Assembly (NCBI GenBank): GCA_009844405.1
Contig: VYBO01000022.1
Coordinates: forward strand, 33,878 to 97,877
Origin: Acidimicrobiaceae bacterium
Lineage (GTDB): Bacteria; Actinomycetota; Acidimicrobiia; Acidimicrobiales; Aldehydirespiratoraceae
Length of the DNA stretch: 64,000 nt
Reading direction: 5' to 3'
Under the pieces are notes generated by a model. The model had not been told where the DNA came from. It ran no database searches and worked only from the letters and a program-made list of their open reading frames with translations. Each line of letters begins with the position of its first letter. The first letter of the stretch is position 1. Positions 58,263 through 64,000 of the stretch are shown here, piece after piece. Both the position numbers and the translations under genes were made by a program.

Positions 58263-58290
58263 GTCCGCCTCTCGGCCGAGGCCGATCGAT

Positions 58291-59937
58291 CTACGGCTGG
58301 GTGTGATCCTGCGCCAGTATGACGGTTGACTCGGCGGGTACGGAAACGGCGTCGTGGGCTGGGTGGTCCAGGCGGCTGCCGTCCTGACTGGCGAAGACCG
58401 GCTCCCATCCAGGGGATCCCAGGCTGACGTCGGCGCGCTGTCCGGACAGATTGGCGACCACGGCGATCGAGCCCCGCCGCAGGGCGGCGACCTCCGGGTC
58501 TGCGGTCTCGATCCATTCGAGTGGCGCCCGCCACATGTCGGGGTGCTGCCGGCGCACGGCCAGCAGGCTGCGGTAGCGGTGCAGTGGCGCATCCGGATCG
58601 TTCCGCTGCCCCTCGACGGTGTGCTCCGGCGGGCGGGGCTCCGAGACGATCCACGGGTCGCCGGTGGAGAAGCCGTTGCAGGGGCTGCTGTCCCACGGCA
58701 TCGGCGTCCGGCACCCGTCCCGGCCGCTGGTCGCGCCCGCGTTCCTGACCGACACCGGATCGTGGAAGCCGGCGCGCAGCACCCCGTCGGGCAGGGCGAG
58801 CTCCTCTCCCTGGAACAGGAAGGGGGTGCCCCCGAGGGCCATGAACAGGGTGCTGACGGCCAGCGACCGCCGCACGCCGTCCTCTCCCCCGCCGAAGCGG
58901 CTCACCGGCCGGGAACGGTCATGGTTGCTCAGCACCCACGAGATCCCCTGCGGCGCGGCGTCGTGCATGGCCCGCAGCATCGTCAGCAGGGTCTCCGGCG
59001 CCCAGCCGAGGAAGGCGGCCTGCAAAAAGAACGCCTGGTGGAGCGCGCCGGGCTCGACGTACCGGGCTTGGCGGTCCGGCCAGGGCGCGTTGACCTCCCC
59101 GAGGAGCATCGCCTGCCGGGGGGCGCAGACCCGGTTCCAGCGGCGGAAGATCTCGACGTTCTCGGACTGGTCCATGTCGTAGCGGTGCTCGAAGGCGTCG
59201 AAGGCGTCGAAGGGGTCCATGCCGGGCACGATCGGCGCGATCTGGGGGTTGTCGCGCAGTCGGTCGTCCTTGACGAGGCCGTGGGCCACGTCGACCCGGA
59301 AGCCGTCGGCGCCGCGGTCCATCCACCACTCCAGGATCGAGTCGAAGTCGTCCCGGACGGCGGGGTTGCGCCAGTTGAGGTCGGGCTGCTCGGGCAGGAA
59401 GAGATGGCACCAGTACTGGCTGGACGCCTCGTCGAGGGTCCAGGCCGGGCCTCCGAAGTGGCTTCGCCAGTTGTTGGGAGGACCTCCGCCGGAGGCCGGG
59501 GAGGCCCAGAGGTAGCGGTCCCGGTCGGGTCCGTCCGGGTAGCGCCGGGCCCGGGCGAACCACTCGTGCTCGATCGAGGTGTGGTTGGGCACGATGTCGA
59601 CCATCACCCGCAGGTGCCGCCGGTGGGCCTCCTCCACGAGAACGTCGAAGTCGTCGAGTGTGCCATGGCGGGGCGACACCGCGCAGTAGTCGCTGACGTC
59701 GTAGCCGTGGTCGTGGCCCGGCGACGGGTAGAAGGGGGTGAGCCAGACGGCGTCGACCCCCAGCCAGCTCAGATAGTCGAGTCGGCCGGTGATGCCGGCC
59801 AGGTCGCCCACCCCGTCGCCGTCGGAGTCTGCGAAGGAGCGCACGTAGATCTCGTAGCCGACAGCCCCGCGCCACCAGGGCCCGGCCGGGTCACGTCCAA
59901 CGGTGGTCTCTTCCAGCGCGCTGCCCGTCACTCGCAA
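58291..59937 (-). CDS. Glycoside hydrolase family 13 alpha-glucosidase / oligo-1,6-glucosidase-like
   Basis: 548 aa; YEIYVRSFADSDGDGVGDL, GVDAVWLTPF, GADGFRVDVAHG, MLLGEV, VLSNHD. Confidence 0.9.
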   Translation of the reverse strand: MRVTGSALEETTVGRDPAGPWWRGAVGYEIYVRSFADSDGDGVGDLAGITGRLDYLSWLGVDAVWLTPFYPSPGHDHGYDVSDYCAVSPRHGTLDDFDVLVEEAHRRHLRVMVDIVPNHTSIEHEWFARARRYPDGPDRDRYLWASPASGGGPPNNWRSHFGGPAWTLDEASSQYWCHLFLPEQPDLNWRNPAVRDDFDSILEWWMDRGADGFRVDVAHGLVKDDRLRDNPQIAPIVPGMDPFDAFDAFEHRYDMDQSENVEIFRRWNRVCAPRQAMLLGEVNAPWPDRQARYVEPGALHQAFFLQAAFLGWAPETLLTMLRAMHDAAPQGISWVLSNHDRSRPVSRFGGGEDGVRRSLAVSTLFMALGGTPFLFQGEELALPDGVLRAGFHDPVSVRNAGATSGRDGCRTPMPWDSSPCNGFSTGDPWIVSEPRPPEHTVEGQRNDPDAPLHRYRSLLAVRRQHPDMWRAPLEWIETADPEVAALRRGSIAVVANLSGQRADVSLGSPGWEPVFASQDGSRLDHPAHDAVSVPAESTVILAQDHTQP

Positions 59938-60002
59938 TCCTTCCGCAAACGTTTACAGACGGGGGCACTCTACAGACCGACACCCCACGCGTGCCAAGTC
60001 TC

Positions 60003-61100
60003 TCAGGCTCGGTCGGGCCGGGCGAGATGGCCGTGGTCGAGGCGGGGCAGGACATGGCGGCCGACCCGGTCGCACTCGTCCCGGTGGGGGTACCCCGACA
60101 GGATGAACGCGTCGATCCCGACGCCGCGGTACTGCTCCAGCTTGGCCACCACCTCGTCGGGATCGCCGACGATGGCTGCGCCCGCGCCGGAGCGGGCCCG
60201 ACCGATGCCGGTCCACAGATTGGCCTCGACGTAGCCGTCGCCGTCGCTCAGGCCCCGCAGTTCCGCCTGCCTGCGCACCCCGACCGAGGCCGCATCGAGG
60301 GACCGGCCCCTGATGGCCGCGCCGACGGAGTCGTCGAGACGGCTGACCAGCCCTGCGGCCGCGGCCCGGGCGGCCTCCGGCGTCTCCCGCACGATCACAT
60401 GGCTGCGCAGGCCGAAGCGGAGGGTCCGGCCGTAGCGGGCAGCCCTGGACTTCATGTCGGCGACCGTGCCGGCGACGCCGGCCACCGTGTCCGGCCAGGT
60501 GAGGAAGACGTCGCACCCGGCGGACGCGGTCTCCTTGGCCGCCTCGGAGAACCCGCCGAAGTAGAACAGCGGGCAACGGCCCGACACGGTGGTGGCCCTG
60601 GGCGGATCGAGGGTCAGGTCGACGAACTCGCCGTGGAAGTCCACCGGCCGGCCGTCGAGCAGCGTGCGGAGCACGTGCATCCATTCCAGCGTGCGGCGGT
60701 ATCTCGGGGCCGGCTCCAGGGACTCGCCGGGCATGTCGCTGGAAATGATGTTCACGGTGAGCCGCCCGCCGAGCATCCGGTCGATGGTGGCGATCTGGCG
60801 GGCCAGCTGCGGCAGCCACAGCTCCCCCATCCGCACCGCCAGCAGCAGCCGCATGCGCTCGGTGAGGGGCGCGATCCCGGCCGCGAAGGCAGTGGCGTCA
60901 ATGCCGAGCGTGTAGCCCGACGGCAGCAGGATATTGTCGAAGCCGTTGCGCTCGGCCGCGAGGGTGATGTCACGGCAGTGCTCCCAACTGCTGGCCAGAT
61001 CCGGGTCGGGCACGCCCAGGTACCGGTAGTCGTCGTCGCACAGGGCGCCGAACCAGGCGACCTCCGCGGGTTCGGCACCGTTCGTCCCGTCTCCGTTCAT
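60003..61100 (-). CDS. LLM-class flavin-dependent oxidoreductase (SsuD-like monooxygenase family)
   Basis: 365 aa from MNGDG; GFDNILLPSGY, FYFGGFSEAA, typical TIM-barrel luciferase-like pattern. The ORF extension to 61370 is Arg/Pro-rich. Confidence 0.85.
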   Translation of the reverse strand: MNGDGTNGAEPAEVAWFGALCDDDYRYLGVPDPDLASSWEHCRDITLAAERNGFDNILLPSGYTLGIDATAFAAGIAPLTERMRLLLAVRMGELWLPQLARQIATIDRMLGGRLTVNIISSDMPGESLEPAPRYRRTLEWMHVLRTLLDGRPVDFHGEFVDLTLDPPRATTVSGRCPLFYFGGFSEAAKETASAGCDVFLTWPDTVAGVAGTVADMKSRAARYGRTLRFGLRSHVIVRETPEAARAAAAGLVSRLDDSVGAAIRGRSLDAASVGVRRQAELRGLSDGDGYVEANLWTGIGRARSGAGAAIVGDPDEVVAKLEQYRGVGIDAFILSGYPHRDECDRVGRHVLPRLDHGHLARPDRA

Positions 61101-62002
61101 GGCAGCCGTGCCCCCTCGGAGGCCTCGATCACGTCGTACACGTCGTTGCGCTCGAGGTGCACGCCGGTTGCGCCGGCCAGCTGGGCGAGCCGGTCGGGGC
61201 GCTGGGTGCCCAGCAGGGCCACCGGCTTGGACGGATGGGCCAGCACGAACGCCACCGCCAGCGTGGCCCGGTCGACGCCCTCGCGCTCGGCGAGGCGGTC
61301 GATCACGGCCACCAGCTCGGCCCGCACGCCGGAACCGTCGGCCAGCCGGCCTCCGCCCAGCGGGCTCCATGCCAGCGGCAGCACCCCGTCACGCATGCAC
61401 AGGTCGAACGTGCCGTCGCGCAGGGGCGCCAGGTGCGCGGCGGAGTACTCGGGCTGGGAACTGGCCAGCGGGAACGGCAGGTGGGCGGCCAGAGCCTCGT
61501 GCTGAGCGGTGGTGAAGTTCGAGACGCCCGCCTCGCGGATCTTGCCCGCGGCCCGCAGGTCGTCGAGCGACCCGGCCAGTTCCGCCGGGTGTGTCAGCAT
61601 GTCCGGGCGATGGATCTGGTACAGGTCGATCACGTCGGTGCGCAGGCGGCGAAGCGACGCCTCGCAGGCTGCGGTGATCGCGTCGCGGCCCGAGTTGTAC
61701 GGGACTGTCGGGATGATGCCGCCCTTGGTGGCCAGCACCATCCGGTCGCGCAGACCCGGAGCACCGGCGAGGATGCGCCCCAGGTTCTCCTCGGCCTCGC
61801 CGAAGGCCTGACCGCCCCATCCGAGCCCATAGATGTCGGCGGTGTCGACCAGGTTCATGCCCAGGTCCAGTCCGGTCTCGACCACCGCCCTCAACTCGTC
61901 CTCGGGCCGGGCCACGAGCCTCCAGCAGCCGACGCCGAGGGGCCCCACTTGGAAATCCCGACCGAGCGGGCGACGATTAGGGTCTGTGAGTCTTGATGTC
62001 AC
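61097..62002 (-). CDS. Aldo/keto reductase
   Basis: LVDTADIYG, LATKGG, IDLYQIHRPD, GVSNF. GTG start at 62002; 4-nt overlap with the downstream LLM gene. Confidence 0.85.
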   Translation of the reverse strand: MTSRLTDPNRRPLGRDFQVGPLGVGCWRLVARPEDELRAVVETGLDLGMNLVDTADIYGLGWGGQAFGEAEENLGRILAGAPGLRDRMVLATKGGIIPTVPYNSGRDAITAACEASLRRLRTDVIDLYQIHRPDMLTHPAELAGSLDDLRAAGKIREAGVSNFTTAQHEALAAHLPFPLASSQPEYSAAHLAPLRDGTFDLCMRDGVLPLAWSPLGGGRLADGSGVRAELVAVIDRLAEREGVDRATLAVAFVLAHPSKPVALLGTQRPDRLAQLAGATGVHLERNDVYDVIEASEGARLP

Positions 62003-62075
62003 TCGATCACTCCATCTGCGAGAGCCGCGACACCCGAAGTTCCGGGCCACGCCGCGACTGGGATAGGAGAGTCGG

Positions 62076-63161
62076 ATGAGCGGGCCCGAACTGCGCTGCG
62101 GCGTGATCGGCACCGGGATGATGGGCCGCGAGCACATCGCCAACCTCTCGCGCCTGCCCGGCGCCCGGGTCACGGCACTGGCCGATCCGCACCCGCCCTC
62201 GCTGGAGGAGGCTTCGAAGCTCGCGCCGGCCGCGGCCCGGTTCAGCGGCCATCGCGACCTCATCGATGCCGGCCTTTGCGACGCGCTGGTGATCGCCACG
62301 CCGAACATGACCCATGCGGCTGTGCTCGACGACGTTCTCGGCACCGATCTGCACGTGCTGGTGGAGAAGCCTCTGTGCACCACCGTGGCCGATTGCCAGA
62401 GGGTTCTCACCGCGGCCGCCGATCACCGGGGGCTGGTCTGGGTGGGTCTGGAGTACCGCTACATGGCGCCGTTCGCGCGTCTCATCGACGAGGTGCGGGC
62501 CGGCACCGCGGGCCGGGTGCGCATGGTGTCGCTGCGCGAGCACCGCTTCCCGTTCCTGGAGAAGGTCGGGGACTGGAACCGCTTCGCCGCCAACACCGGC
62601 GGCACGCTGGTGGAGAAGTGCTGCCACTTCTTCGACCTCATGAACCAGGTCATGGCGGGCAGGCCCGAGCGGGTCTACGCCTCGGGCAGCCAGCTGGTCA
62701 ACCATCTCGACGAGCGCTACAACGGGAGCACTCCCGACATCATCGACAGCGCATATGTGGTCCTCGACTACGACGACGGCGCCCGCGCCCTGCTCGACCT
62801 TTGCATGTTCGCCGAAGCCACCCACCACCAGCAGGAGTTCGCGGTGATGGGCGACGAGGGCAAGATCGAGGCCTGCGTCCCGTCCGACATCGTGCGGATC
62901 GGGATCAGGGGGACCCACGGGATCGGCGACGTGCGGACCGTCGCCGCGCCCAGCACGGCCGCCTACGAGGGCCTCCATCACGGCTCCAGCTACGTCGAGC
63001 ATCAGCGCTTCCTCGAGGCGGTCAACTCGCTCGACGCGGAGGGCCGACAGGTGTCGTCGCGGGCCAGCCTGTCGGCAGGACTGCTGTCGGTGGCCATGGG
63101 CGTCGCCGGGCACCGGTCGATCACCACAGGAGCGCCGGTGCCGATAGCCGACGTGCTGTAG
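62076..63161 (+). CDS. Gfo/Idh/MocA-family oxidoreductase
   Basis: LRCGVIGTGMMGREHI Rossmann N-terminus, LVEKPL motif. Confidence 0.85.
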   Translation: MSGPELRCGVIGTGMMGREHIANLSRLPGARVTALADPHPPSLEEASKLAPAAARFSGHRDLIDAGLCDALVIATPNMTHAAVLDDVLGTDLHVLVEKPLCTTVADCQRVLTAAADHRGLVWVGLEYRYMAPFARLIDEVRAGTAGRVRMVSLREHRFPFLEKVGDWNRFAANTGGTLVEKCCHFFDLMNQVMAGRPERVYASGSQLVNHLDERYNGSTPDIIDSAYVVLDYDDGARALLDLCMFAEATHHQQEFAVMGDEGKIEACVPSDIVRIGIRGTHGIGDVRTVAAPSTAAYEGLHHGSSYVEHQRFLEAVNSLDAEGRQVSSRASLSAGLLSVAMGVAGHRSITTGAPVPIADVL

Positions 63162-63231
63162 GCCCGCGTCTCCCGCTCCTGTTCGCTGCGCTCACGGGCC
63201 GCTCGGGCCACGGCCTCGCAAGCTCGGCCTC
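63162..63231 (-). mobile_element. MITE/REP-like element, copy H (short form)
   Basis: GTCTCCCGCTCCTGTTCGCTGCGCTCACGGGCCGCTCGGGCCACGGCCTCGCAAGCTCGGCCTC fills the gap between two convergent stop codons. Confidence 0.55.
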
Positions 63232-63235
63232 ATGA

Positions 63236-64000
63236 TCATCCCTTGACGGAACCGGCCAGCAGGCCCCGCACGAAGTGCCGCTGGAGGCTGAAGAACACGA
63301 TCAGCGGTACCACCATGATCACGAACGCGGAGGCGAAGCGGAGCTGGAAGTTGGAGCCGCGCTCGCCCACCAGGTTCACCAGGGCGATGGTCATCGGCTC
63401 GTTCTCGTTGAGGAACACCGAGGCGATCAGGTAGTCGTTCCAGGTCCACAGGAACTGGAACACCGCGAACGCAGCCAGCGCCGGGCGGGCCAGCGGGACG
63501 ACCAGCCGGCAGAAGATGGTGAAATGGCTGGCGCCGTCGATGCGGGCCGCCTCGAAGATGTCGCGGGGCAGCTGGCTGACGAAGTTGTGCAGCAGCAGCA
63601 CGGCCAGCGGCAGACCGAACGCGGTGTGGGTGAGCCAGACCGCGGCCGCAGTGTTGGCGATGCCCGCGTCGGGCAGCAGCGCCAGTGTCCAGTCGACGCC
63701 GGGGATGGTGAACCGGGCGCCGCCGTTGAAGAGCTGGAGAAGGGGCACGAACGCCATCTGGTTGGGCAGCGCGATCATCGACACCAGCCCGATGAAGAGC
63801 CAGTTGCGGCCTCGGAAGTCCATCCAGGCGAACCCGTAGGCCGCGAAGGCCGCCACCGCGATCGGGATGATCGTGGCCGGCACGACGATGGCCACCGAGT
63901 TGAGGGCGAACTCCCACATCGAAGGCTGGGCCGCGGACTCACGGAAGATGTCCCGGTAGTTCTGGAGCGTCAGGTTGTCGAGATCGTTCCAGGCGGTCCA
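63236..64000 (-). CDS. Carbohydrate ABC transporter permease, N-terminus beyond window end
   Basis: EAA loop FEAARIDGASHFTIFCRLVVPLARPAL. The frame stays open to base 64000 (WTAWNDLDNLTLQNYRDIF). Confidence 0.85.
   Translation of the reverse strand, partial: WTAWNDLDNLTLQNYRDIFRESAAQPSMWEFALNSVAIVVPATIIPIAVAAFAAYGFAWMDFRGRNWLFIGLVSMIALPNQMAFVPLLQLFNGGARFTIPGVDWTLALLPDAGIANTAAAVWLTHTAFGLPLAVLLLHNFVSQLPRDIFEAARIDGASHFTIFCRLVVPLARPALAAFAVFQFLWTWNDYLIASVFLNENEPMTIALVNLVGERGSNFQLRFASAFVIMVVPLIVFFSLQRHFVRGLLAGSVKG

Overview
Very GC-rich actinobacterial chromosomal segment with about 55 protein genes and 1 tRNA. All calls rest on reading the ORF translations and the DNA by eye; no searches were run.

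Conserved housekeeping blocks:
- uvrB; coaE-rpsA; polA-pdtaR; tRNA-Leu
- fabD-fabH-fabG-acpP-fabF, fabZ, hup
- gcvP, a mycothione-reductase-like gene, aroC, gcvT
- MerR-DUF151-hpt-MerR-garA-gcvH

Accessory modules interleaved with them:
- (i) 1-5218: a Type III-like res/mod pair in which both genes are frameshifted (res at a C10 tract), plus a relE/phd toxin-antitoxin (TA) pair.
- (ii) 7686-18168: a galactoside cluster with GH2 lacZ, a GH36 alpha-galactosidase, an ABC importer, a GntR/FadR regulator and galK.
- (iii) 20314-29515: a protocatechuate 4,5-cleavage (lig-type) gene set, split around polA/pdtaR.
- (iv) 29.6-39.5 kb: a lower-GC defence island next to tRNA-Leu and without an integrase. 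In gene order it holds a ygjP-like peptidase, hsdR, HepT/MNT, hsdS (broken by a 73-bp duplication), two tandem hicB genes (one broken by a small inserted element), hicA, hsdM and an extra half-size hsdS.
- (v) 56.3-64 kb: sugar and oxidoreductase genes containing a decayed patch.

Strongest non-genic signals:
- A MITE/REP-like element family (miniature transposon-like repeat, 70-143 bp) sits at 8 loci. Two copies have 3-bp target-site duplications (TSDs). Removing one copy exactly restores an intact hicB ORF.
- A 36-bp repeat / 36-bp spacer / 36-bp repeat unit with hairpin potential lies at the island edge.
- Several small, precisely reversible lesions inactivate both restriction-modification (R-M) systems.

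Candidate for a novel system: the Type I R-M operon with two RNase-toxin TA cassettes stitched between its hsd genes. This is an inference, not a demonstrated system.
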